Shown here: positions 48,162 to 57,080 of the stretch, one piece after another
Layout of the letters: the number at the start of each line of letters is the position of its first letter
Numbering within the stretch: position 1 is the first letter of the stretch
Virus record (IMG/VR): IMGVR_UViG_3300025097_001925
Location: 1 to 60,553 of that record
Strand: one strand, 5' to 3'
Source: a virus
Taxonomy: Duplodnaviria > Caudoviricetes
DNA length: 60,553 nt
Translations under genes and position numbers: made by a program
The notes under the pieces: model-generated
Seen by the model: only the letters and a program-made list of their open reading frames with translations
Database searches by the model: none
What the model was told of the DNA's origin: nothing

Positions 48162-48224
48162 TTTGTATCTCCTTATTATTATTTATTAATTTACAATTCA
48201 TAGTTGTTATTAAAACAACCTTCA

Positions 48225-48244
48225 TCAATAATATATATTATTGA
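48225..48244. promoter_or_regulatory. Perfect 20-bp palindrome TCAATAATATATATTATTGA upstream of SSB
   Basis: Self-complementary; second hairpin GTTGTT-N5-AACAAC at 48203-48219. Confidence 0.55.
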
Positions 48245-48262
48245 ACTTCCGAAAAATACAAT

Positions 48263-48679
48263 TTATTTTTCGGTATTATCCCAAGTTTTTACATCTACTA
48301 TAGTATAAATTCTTGTCCTTATTTTATTGAGGCCTTCTTCATTTGTCAGTAGTAAACTATTTTGATAACTTTCCCAAGGTATTGGAAAACTCTTATCTAA
48401 CTTACCATTATTCAATTCTCTAATAGTTTCATTCAATGCATTGATTGTATATAAAGTATTTGTCTGTTTCTTTCTGTGGAGTGATATAGTGTCAGGTACT
48501 CCTTCTATAAAATTTTCATCGTACTCTACATTGTAAGTACAAATTAATTGGTGATGGTCATCTTCATTTTGAAACACATAAATTTTATCAAAAACAATTT
48601 CATTACATTCTATGATTAATTTTACAGTATCATAGAATCTGTTTCTACGGGTGAATGTACAGAGGAGTTGGGTTTTCAT
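48263..48679 (-). CDS. Hypothetical protein
   Basis: Coupled ORF (LLCTF, HRKKQTNTLYTINALN). Confidence 0.75.
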   Translation of the reverse strand: MKTQLLCTFTRRNRFYDTVKLIIECNEIVFDKIYVFQNEDDHHQLICTYNVEYDENFIEGVPDTISLHRKKQTNTLYTINALNETIRELNNGKLDKSFPIPWESYQNSLLLTNEEGLNKIRTRIYTIVDVKTWDNTEK

Positions 48680-50895
48680 TATATTCCAGCTCTATCTGAT
48701 TTAACTTTACTTTTAACACAAGATTTCATATCTTCACCAAATCCACTAGCAACTTTTTGTGATGTTCCCGCAGTTCTCCAAGTATCATCTGCTATATGAG
48801 TCTTGTCTCCACTTTCATCTTTTGAATTAATAACAATTGCACCAGTCTCAGCCTCAATAGTACAAGTTTCTTTTAAATGTTGTTTTAATCCTTTTCTATC
48901 ACCAGGTGGAATTTCATATCCACTCTTATTTGCCAAACAACTTCTAATATGACTTGCTTTTGCACCATTGATACCCATTTGTAATAATACTTTATCATCT
49001 TCGTCATCTTCCATATCAATGTATGTATTGTAGTGCATTGCTTCCATAACGGTATTTACATAAGCCTGTGTATGTGGACCATTCTTATCATCTTTTGGAA
49101 ATCCTTGTTCTTCATCTGCCTCAGTAACTTTATTAACAACACTTTGGTGTGCTTCTTTTACTGAATTTTGCTCTGCTTTCTTTATCTGGCCCGAGTCTTT
49201 AACACTTTTTGATTCTAATGAAGAAGATTGTCCTCTTTTTTTAAGTTCGGCTCTTACTTTATTTAATGACCTATGGCCACCAGTATCAACTTCACCAACC
49301 TTAATAAATAATTTACCATAAGGTTCATAAGAAACTTTAGTTCCGTTTTTTCCATGCCACTTATCATCACCCATAAATTCTTGAGTCTTTTTTATTTTTT
49401 CTTTAGTAGACATTTTATTCCAATCATCATCTGAAATACCATTATCTTCTAAATAACAACCTAACTCACTACCTGCTCTTGGTTTTCCCTCTTTTGATCT
49501 TTTCCTTTTATTTCCTCGTTCTCCTATTTGTTTAACTCGTTTAGGAGCTGCAACTTCAGCAACATTTACAAAATCATCATCAACTTCCACTTTTGTAGAA
49601 CTCTTTTTAGTTTCTTCCGTAACAGTAGTTACTTTCTTTATTCCATCATCAATAGCAGTAGTTACTGTTTGAGCAGTCTCTGTTCCGAAATCTTTTTTCA
49701 TAACTTCAAATCTAACAGATGGTGTAGTATTATTTTGAGGATCACTCATATCACTATCCTTTTTATTTGATACTGATACAATAAATGTTCTACCATTTTC
49801 ATCTCTACCAACAACATAAGTGTCGTGATAAGTTCTGAATTTTTTAAATGATTTTAATTCTCTTTCATAATACTTTTTATCTTCTGGAGTTTTTGCTTCT
49901 TTTAATTTCTTTTCTAAATCTGCCTCTACTTTATTATCTATTTCTGTAGTGGATTGTATGGTTTGATGTGGTTGTGAAGTATCCATTCTACTTTCGTTTA
50001 AATGTTCTTGTGTGGCGAGTGCTCCGTCATACGCCGCTCTCATCCAAGTCTTATAGTTATTATCACTTCCACCAAAACCAGTTGAACTTGAGAATACATT
50101 TGGTTTATCCATTTCTTGCATTCGTTTTAATTCTTGGTTAGCCCAAACTTCTCTACTTGCAATATATTGTTTACCCTCATCAGAATCAGGTGTTAATCCT
50201 ATTGCTGCTAAATCTCGTACTTCTTTTGTTGATGGATAGTTAGGTTTTCTTGAATCCAATCCATCCTTTTCTTTTTTAATATCTTCTGCATTTTCTTTAT
50301 TGAACTTATCATAATCAAGGTTATCAACTGCACCACAATATCTTGATTCACCTTGACTTGCAGTCTCACCACCTGCACCAGCTACACCTTTATCTCTTAA
50401 ATCAGAAGTCTTTGTTTGCTCATTTGATAATTCTTGTTCTTGTGGTGTTTTATCAACTTTTGGTTTTGATTTTGGTTTTTTTACTTTTTTAGGTTTTTCT
50501 TTATCAAAATCCCGTTCAAAATCTGAAGGTTTTAAACCTTTTCTTGGTTTTTCTGGTTCTTCGCCCGTACCTTTCTGTCTTAAAGCATCAGCTGCTTTGA
50601 ATGCTGGTGAGTCAGTATGTCTTTTAATAGCTTGTCCGTATGTAGTGGTCTTTTGAATATCTTTACCATCTTTATCTTTAATTGTATATTTTACGGGGGT
50701 TTCGGGGTCAATAGTTTTTTTCTTCTGTTCTACTATATTACCTATAAACTCCATACGAGCTTCACCAGGCCAACCATGTTGTCCTAGTATTTCAAACAAT
50801 TTGGATAGATGTGTAGCATCAGTAGTATCGGGTACACCCGACTTGACTGACTCTCTCCAATCTAATAATATTTTATTTAGTATTGAACTTCTCAT
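48679..50895 (-). CDS. Large hydrophilic hypothetical protein (738 aa)
   Basis: Long K/E/D-rich ORF with a K/P-rich linker. Confidence 0.8.
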   Translation of the reverse strand: MRSSILNKILLDWRESVKSGVPDTTDATHLSKLFEILGQHGWPGEARMEFIGNIVEQKKKTIDPETPVKYTIKDKDGKDIQKTTTYGQAIKRHTDSPAFKAADALRQKGTGEEPEKPRKGLKPSDFERDFDKEKPKKVKKPKSKPKVDKTPQEQELSNEQTKTSDLRDKGVAGAGGETASQGESRYCGAVDNLDYDKFNKENAEDIKKEKDGLDSRKPNYPSTKEVRDLAAIGLTPDSDEGKQYIASREVWANQELKRMQEMDKPNVFSSSTGFGGSDNNYKTWMRAAYDGALATQEHLNESRMDTSQPHQTIQSTTEIDNKVEADLEKKLKEAKTPEDKKYYERELKSFKKFRTYHDTYVVGRDENGRTFIVSVSNKKDSDMSDPQNNTTPSVRFEVMKKDFGTETAQTVTTAIDDGIKKVTTVTEETKKSSTKVEVDDDFVNVAEVAAPKRVKQIGERGNKRKRSKEGKPRAGSELGCYLEDNGISDDDWNKMSTKEKIKKTQEFMGDDKWHGKNGTKVSYEPYGKLFIKVGEVDTGGHRSLNKVRAELKKRGQSSSLESKSVKDSGQIKKAEQNSVKEAHQSVVNKVTEADEEQGFPKDDKNGPHTQAYVNTVMEAMHYNTYIDMEDDEDDKVLLQMGINGAKASHIRSCLANKSGYEIPPGDRKGLKQHLKETCTIEAETGAIVINSKDESGDKTHIADDTWRTAGTSQKVASGFGEDMKSCVKSKVKSDRAGI

Positions 50896-52213
50896 TAAAT
50901 TTTTCTGTTACGTCCACCATCTCATGATAATTTTTACCCACACTTACACTCGTCGGATATTTACCTTCATGTTCAATCTCATTTTTTATATCTTGTAAAA
51001 AATTTTCACCGTCGCTGTTATCGTAATCAAAAAGAAATGAATCATAACTATATAATATCAATTTACTCTCCACATTATTTTTATTTAATTTAGGTATAAG
51101 AGTATTCAACATTTTCATATTGTTCTCGGTTTCCGTTACCTGTATTAAATAATTGAACAATTTATTTTTGTTCATATTAAATAAATTTCTTCTAAATATT
51201 CTCTTATTATAAATATCTGTTAATATAAATTCCTTATTTCTATACTCATCCCACCGACGTGTCTTATATTTCTCTACTTTTCTAAAAAAATCATTTGTTT
51301 CAATCACTTCTTTAGGTGTTTTACCGTATAGATATTTGAATGATAATTTTTTTGATTTTTCATAATCACATTTATAATATTTACTCATATATCCGTGTAC
51401 AGATTCTTTCGGAAACTCATAACCTACTATATCAGCTATCAATCTTAAATGATAACCGTCATAATCAAATTCTACCAAATTACCATACTCACCAAAACTA
51501 CTTACAAACTTCCGTCTACTACCATCAGTTTTATTTAGTGCTGCGTAATTGATACCACCAAATCTGTTTGATGGTCTACCCGTTGAAGTATAGATGTTAT
51601 ACTCTGTATGTTTTAATCCATCTAGAGTCATTAAACCGTTGGATTCTATATGTTGTAAATTATCTAAAACTTCCTCGTTATATTTATCAAACCCATTTGT
51701 CATATAAGCTGTTACGTGATACTTAGAAAATTTATCTAAAAGTTTTCTACAATATTCAATATGTTTCATTATTGGAATTATGTCATTTAACTGACGTTCA
51801 TTTCTATATTTGTTATAAAAGATATCGTGAACAGGTGTTGTTATATCTTCAATATAAAGAGGTTCATTATAATTCATATAATGTAATAAATTTATATCAA
51901 ACATATTTTTTAATTTCATAAAGTGACTAAGTTTCTTTTTGTCATAAGTATATTTAAAAATTTCAGTATTCAAATCATATTTTACTTTTTCAAGGTCTAC
52001 TCCACACACAGCTTCCGTATGATTAAATGGTAAAATATATTCAGAATCAATAAACTTCGTATGATTTAAAAAAATATAAATGAAACTTAATCTATTCTCA
52101 CAGGGATGTAAGTTGTGGTCAGATAGTATTGGAATTAAAAGACACCTTCCTTTACTACTTTGATAATTTTTTATAAACTCTTCATATTCACCAAAACTAT
52201 CAATTATTTTCAT
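50873..52213 (-). CDS. Compact, divergent family A DNA polymerase-like protein
   Basis: TGRPS, motif A EFDYDGYHLRL, motif B KKLSFKYLYG, NYLIQ, motif C YSYDSF. Confidence 0.8.
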   Translation of the reverse strand: MKIIDSFGEYEEFIKNYQSSKGRCLLIPILSDHNLHPCENRLSFIYIFLNHTKFIDSEYILPFNHTEAVCGVDLEKVKYDLNTEIFKYTYDKKKLSHFMKLKNMFDINLLHYMNYNEPLYIEDITTPVHDIFYNKYRNERQLNDIIPIMKHIEYCRKLLDKFSKYHVTAYMTNGFDKYNEEVLDNLQHIESNGLMTLDGLKHTEYNIYTSTGRPSNRFGGINYAALNKTDGSRRKFVSSFGEYGNLVEFDYDGYHLRLIADIVGYEFPKESVHGYMSKYYKCDYEKSKKLSFKYLYGKTPKEVIETNDFFRKVEKYKTRRWDEYRNKEFILTDIYNKRIFRRNLFNMNKNKLFNYLIQVTETENNMKMLNTLIPKLNKNNVESKLILYSYDSFLFDYDNSDGENFLQDIKNEIEHEGKYPTSVSVGKNYHEMVDVTEKFNEKFNTK

Positions 52214-53105
52214 TTGTATAACCCACCTTATGTTTTACAAAATTAACTATTAGTTCGGCTATGTTTGTATTAGTATACTTGTCCATTCCTTCAAAACCTG
52301 GTGATGAATTTACTTCACATACTCTATAACTACCATTATCAAATAACAAATCAACTCCTGCTATATCTAAATGTAATAGCCTCGCTGACTCTCCACCTAA
52401 CCATTCTATCTCCTCTGTAATTTGATATGGGATACCTTCACCACCTCTTGTGATGTTTGCTCTGAAGTCACCATCAGTTGCTTGTCTCATCATACAACCG
52501 ACTACTTTGTTATTTAAAACAAAAACTCTTATATCTCTACCCCACGAATCTTTGATAAATTCTTGAACTATAATGTTATAACTCTTTGAAGTTATCTCAG
52601 CTAATTTAATTAAATCTTGAAACTGTCTTTTGTTTTCAGCTAAGAATACTCCAGCTCCAAACGAACCACTTAACGTTTTTACAATAATTGGAAATCCTAT
52701 ATTCTTTTCGACGAAATCTACATTAATTGGGTGTCTTACCAAAAGAGTTTTTGGTACTGGTAGGTTTGATTCACCTAATATTTGTTGTGTGTATAACTTA
52801 TCTTTAACTGTATCTATAGAAGCACTACCATTTATTAATTCAACACCAAGTCTTTCTAAGTGTCTTATGATAGCTTTAATAAAATATGTAGTACCACTAC
52901 CAGTTCGTGGAATTACAAAGTCAGGAAGTCCTCTTGCCTTTCCAGCAACCAAGATACTTTTCCTGTCATCTCTACTCACAAAAATATCTACATCTTGTGG
53001 ATTGACTACACGAATCTTAATATCTTGTTTCTCAAACTCTTCTACAAGTTTTTGAGTTTCCCAAGATTCACTTACTACATTTTTATATAATACCCAACCA
53101 TTCAT
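52200..53105 (-). CDS. rimK: RimK-family ATP-grasp ligase
   Basis: DK, LPVPKT, K...GSFGAGV, QEFI, DIRV, FRAN...GG, AGVD, EVNSSPG. Confidence 0.88.
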   Translation of the reverse strand: MNGWVLYKNVVSESWETQKLVEEFEKQDIKIRVVNPQDVDIFVSRDDRKSILVAGKARGLPDFVIPRTGSGTTYFIKAIIRHLERLGVELINGSASIDTVKDKLYTQQILGESNLPVPKTLLVRHPINVDFVEKNIGFPIIVKTLSGSFGAGVFLAENKRQFQDLIKLAEITSKSYNIIVQEFIKDSWGRDIRVFVLNNKVVGCMMRQATDGDFRANITRGGEGIPYQITEEIEWLGGESARLLHLDIAGVDLLFDNGSYRVCEVNSSPGFEGMDKYTNTNIAELIVNFVKHKVGYTNENN

Positions 53106-53120
53106 TTATAACCTTTCTTA

Positions 53121-53149
53121 TATATATTAAATTAAACTCTCAATATCAA
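53121..53149 (-). promoter_or_regulatory. Possible promoter TTGATA-N17-TATATA upstream of rimK-like gene
   Basis: Hexamers with 17-nt spacing in the intergenic gap; AT-rich, so could be chance. Confidence 0.4.
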
Positions 53150-53155
53150 TTTTTT

Positions 53156-53824
53156 TTAGTAACCTCCACCTGTACCTGTGACTGTACCACTAACACCAGA
53201 AGAAGGAGTACTTGTTGTTGTCCTTCTCTGTAATTTCATATTTAACTTTTCACTTGGTGTCGGAGGTTCTCTATAGAACTCTATCATATTTGTAACCTTA
53301 GTTGTAATAAACTCCATTTCTTCTTCAGCTCTTAAAATAGAAGCTGTATTACTATCAATTATTTCTTCACGTACAGGGGCCATTAATCTCCACTTCACAG
53401 ATATCTTTGTATAAAATGAATTAGTAGCTACATAATCTTTATATGATATTTCTTTAATTGGGGCATTTTTATTGTTAGCTTGTTTAGCAAAGTATCTATA
53501 AAAATAACCAGTAGTATAATCTATCGGTTTTGGTTGTGGTTTATATTCGGTATAATACTTTTCTGCACTTAATACACCCCTTTTAGCTTCCCTATATTGA
53601 GCTAACATACCTTGATATTTAACTCTTCGTACCAATCTTGATTTATTACTATGTACATCACCCGTCATAAAATATTCTTTTTTGTCTATAGTATAGTGAA
53701 TATGATATGGTGTCCCTGCTGGAAGCCAAGAACCGTCATAATATCTAAACTCTTGTTTTTCAGATTCACCCGCACTTTCTATTACTCTTTCAGTATTGTC
53801 ATGTATTTGTTTTATTGTTGGCAT
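53156..53824 (-). CDS. Hypothetical protein at the end of the tail/baseplate operon
   Basis: Position; P...DY..G...RYF pattern. Confidence 0.7.
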   Translation of the reverse strand: MPTIKQIHDNTERVIESAGESEKQEFRYYDGSWLPAGTPYHIHYTIDKKEYFMTGDVHSNKSRLVRRVKYQGMLAQYREAKRGVLSAEKYYTEYKPQPKPIDYTTGYFYRYFAKQANNKNAPIKEISYKDYVATNSFYTKISVKWRLMAPVREEIIDSNTASILRAEEEMEFITTKVTNMIEFYREPPTPSEKLNMKLQRRTTTSTPSSGVSGTVTGTGGGY

Positions 53825-53836
53825 ATTATTAAATGT

Positions 53837-56773
53837 TTACCCTGACCCTACTCTTTGTATAGGACTTCCTGCACCACTTAATTCTTTTAAAGTAGGTGGT
53901 TTTCCTCGTAATTCAGGTTTCCGTTTCTGTACACCTTTAATATCTGGATTTAAAGTTTTACCGTCACTATCCTTAGTAAGTGTATTTAATAATATAGACT
54001 CTGGATTGGCGATCATTTCTTCAATCTTAGCTATAGCGTCTCTTTGTTTTTCAAGTACTTTTGTTCCAGCATATCTCATCTGACCTCTTATAGTTGTTGA
54101 CCAAAAACTTGAATCTACTCTATGATTAACATCCATTGCTTGATAAACTGTACTCTTTCTTATTTTTCTCGGTAAATAACTTGAATGAAAAACATTACCT
54201 GGAAATATACCACCAGTACCGTCTATTTCCAATTCTAATTCTATGTTCAATAGTGGGTCAATAGTATTATGAATTCCTTTTTCATCATTTTTTATTTTTT
54301 CAAACATATTTTTCTGATATTCTTTTCTTAAAGCACCTCCTTTTCCATACCATTTTACATCTCTCGTACCATATTTTTCCATAGCGTCCTTATCTCCGTA
54401 TATAACATCTCTTTCTTCTACATCAAGGTGTGAAATATCAGGTGTTATACCTGTAGACTCTGCGGGCACTGTCACTGTCACTGGCTGTATACTATTCATA
54501 GGGTCGAAACCTACAAATTCGGGAAAAGCTTTTGCTATTTCAGAGTCTACAACTCCTCCAGTTTTATTTGATTCGACTTCTTCTTCTGTTGTGGTTGATT
54601 CGGAATTTTCGAATAAAATAGACAAATCACCTTCACCTTCTTCATATGTTTCGTCTATGTCTTTTATGATGGCTAGGGTTGAATCAGTATTCACTATAGC
54701 AGCTACATCTATCTTGTGGCCTCCATTTTTTATAGTCTCAGTCTTAGATGGTCCGACACTTAAAGGTTCATTTGGTAATGCTTTCAAATTACCAAAACTT
54801 TTATTATCGTGGTAGGGTAAACTTATATTATTATTTAAAGCATCCTTATATATTGTTGCATCTTCATCATAATTAGGATTAAATAATCTTGCAAATACCT
54901 GAGCCGCTGTATCACCCGCTCCCTCATTTGTAGAAAAATTTTGAACATTGGTTTCCTCAGTTTTTTTAGGAAATTTATTTCCACTACCATATAATGCCCC
55001 TAAAGCCATTTTATCTGGTAATTTTGCTGTAAAATTTTGACTTTTAACTAAACTTCCCTCTTCCCATACTGGAAAAATATACATACCGTCATAATTATAT
55101 TTCTTTTGTAAAAGTTTTAATTCTGTATTGTATTCTTTATTTTTACTGTTATTTGTTTCAATGAAATCTATTGCATCAGTGTGTGTTATATTTTTATCTA
55201 TTATTTTCATTCTCTTACCACCTTCAGAGGCACTCAATTCAAAATTCCAAAAATTACCATAATGAGCATTTATATTACTAAACAATTTAGACATACCACT
55301 TTCAAGAGTATCTGCATCTTCAAACGCATCTTCAATTAATTTATAATGTAATAAAAGATTTCTAACATAACCCTTTTTATTGTTAGTACCAGGTACTGCG
55401 AATTTTTCAAATTCCATTGTCTTGTTCTTTAACTTTATATATTTTTCTGTTACGGCTACTTTCTTGATACCTTCGACAGAGTAAGGTCCTCTATAAGTTC
55501 TCATCTCCCCCGTACCCACTGTTAAATTTTCATTTTTTGCGTCGTATGAAACGTTTTCAATACCATATGGAAACTGTCCTGGGATAATTAAAGCGTTGTC
55601 ATCACTAGCGTGTGTGTCTGGATGGGCTGTAAACAATAAATTGTGATTTGCTATTTGTGTACTATGCCACACTCCGTCAGTATCTTGTTCTATACTTCTA
55701 AATTCAAATAAAGTTTTATCGTCTGAAACAAAACCAAAAAATCTACTAAGAATATTATCTTCAAAATATCCCAATGTACAGTAAGGTCCCATTTCAACGC
55801 CATTTTTGTTTTCATAAAGAATACTATAACTCTTTACTTCTTCTTCTGTATCTGCGTCGGTTAAAACTTCTTGATGTTGTCCTTTTACAAATTTTAACTG
55901 TTGACCTAACGTTTTTAAGTAACTTTTGAAATTTATGTAATTTTCAACTATAGTTTTTTTATTATCACCTTGTTCTGTACTAACTAAAACTTTTTGTTCA
56001 ATCGGTGGTAATGTATTTTTAAATAAATTTGCTCCACGAGATATTATTTTAGTATTACAATCAAACCCACCATCATCTCTACTCGAATACTCATAATTTG
56101 TAATTGTGCCCAACATTGCATCATAATTACCTCTTTGTTTTTTTATGTGTTTAACTAATTCTGCTTCAACATTATCACTTTGTAAATAAGTATTTAAATT
56201 AAAGGTTCTAGGAAACCATTCAGAAGTAGTATCCAAGTTTGGATACGACCATCCCCATTCTATTAAAATATTTTTACCGTGCCACAGAAAATGTGGTGTC
56301 AATCTTTCCAAATCTTCAAAATTATAACAAGTCCATGATATATTACCTTCCCTTAAAGCTTTCAATCCACCTTTATATTGTACATCTATATTTTTTAAAC
56401 CTGAAATCGGTCTATAGTACATATTTGCTGTCTTTTTTTGTGAATTTTTATCTCGTATAGGCCCATATATAGTACCCAATGTATTAGAGTGTAAATCTTT
56501 TGTTGTCAACCCACCAGCCATCTCATTCTGAAAGGGATAAGTTTCACTCTCTAACAATTCTCCACCCTGTATAACAACAAATTTATTACCAACCAAAGAA
56601 GTCATTTTTATAAATGTACTTCTAACAGCAAGTCCAGTATAACTATCGTTTATTTCACTCTTAAGCCCAAAAATATCATCCTCTATCTGACCAGGTTTTT
56701 TGTTTGATAGAGTCCTTTCTTTTTTTTCAAGTGTTTTTTGTACTGAACTATCTATTGGAGCTAATTGAATCAT
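53837..56773 (-). CDS. Putative baseplate hub/tail protein
   Basis: IEWGW, GGFDC, IDGTGGI.PGN, V.H.V....W.T.I motifs; follows the LysM-type gene. Confidence 0.6.
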   Translation of the reverse strand: MIQLAPIDSSVQKTLEKKERTLSNKKPGQIEDDIFGLKSEINDSYTGLAVRSTFIKMTSLVGNKFVVIQGGELLESETYPFQNEMAGGLTTKDLHSNTLGTIYGPIRDKNSQKKTANMYYRPISGLKNIDVQYKGGLKALREGNISWTCYNFEDLERLTPHFLWHGKNILIEWGWSYPNLDTTSEWFPRTFNLNTYLQSDNVEAELVKHIKKQRGNYDAMLGTITNYEYSSRDDGGFDCNTKIISRGANLFKNTLPPIEQKVLVSTEQGDNKKTIVENYINFKSYLKTLGQQLKFVKGQHQEVLTDADTEEEVKSYSILYENKNGVEMGPYCTLGYFEDNILSRFFGFVSDDKTLFEFRSIEQDTDGVWHSTQIANHNLLFTAHPDTHASDDNALIIPGQFPYGIENVSYDAKNENLTVGTGEMRTYRGPYSVEGIKKVAVTEKYIKLKNKTMEFEKFAVPGTNNKKGYVRNLLLHYKLIEDAFEDADTLESGMSKLFSNINAHYGNFWNFELSASEGGKRMKIIDKNITHTDAIDFIETNNSKNKEYNTELKLLQKKYNYDGMYIFPVWEEGSLVKSQNFTAKLPDKMALGALYGSGNKFPKKTEETNVQNFSTNEGAGDTAAQVFARLFNPNYDEDATIYKDALNNNISLPYHDNKSFGNLKALPNEPLSVGPSKTETIKNGGHKIDVAAIVNTDSTLAIIKDIDETYEEGEGDLSILFENSESTTTEEEVESNKTGGVVDSEIAKAFPEFVGFDPMNSIQPVTVTVPAESTGITPDISHLDVEERDVIYGDKDAMEKYGTRDVKWYGKGGALRKEYQKNMFEKIKNDEKGIHNTIDPLLNIELELEIDGTGGIFPGNVFHSSYLPRKIRKSTVYQAMDVNHRVDSSFWSTTIRGQMRYAGTKVLEKQRDAIAKIEEMIANPESILLNTLTKDSDGKTLNPDIKGVQKRKPELRGKPPTLKELSGAGSPIQRVGSG

Positions 56774-57078
56774 TATATTTGACTATTTAACTTTTCTAAT
56801 TGATCTATTATAGGTTCCGTATCAACTGGTACTCTAATTTGTTTAAGTGGGTCTAATGACATTTTACCGTCACCTAAATCATTAGCTCTAGCTATAATCC
56901 ACCAAAGACTAGTATCTTCATAATATTTATAAGCTATACTTTCTAAACGTTCTCCCTCGTTTGGATAAATATAAATATCACTATCCTTTATAGGTATGCC
57001 TGGATATAGTGTAGGTGATAAAACTTGATAAAAAAGTTTTTTATCTTTTTTCTTTTTTGTAAATTCATATCTACCCAT
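56773..57078 (-). CDS. LysM/tail-X-like baseplate protein
   Basis: GERLESIAYKYYED..LWWIIARAN...IRVP. Confidence 0.8.
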   Translation of the reverse strand: MGRYEFTKKKKDKKLFYQVLSPTLYPGIPIKDSDIYIYPNEGERLESIAYKYYEDTSLWWIIARANDLGDGKMSLDPLKQIRVPVDTEPIIDQLEKLNSQI

Positions 57079-57080
57079 AA

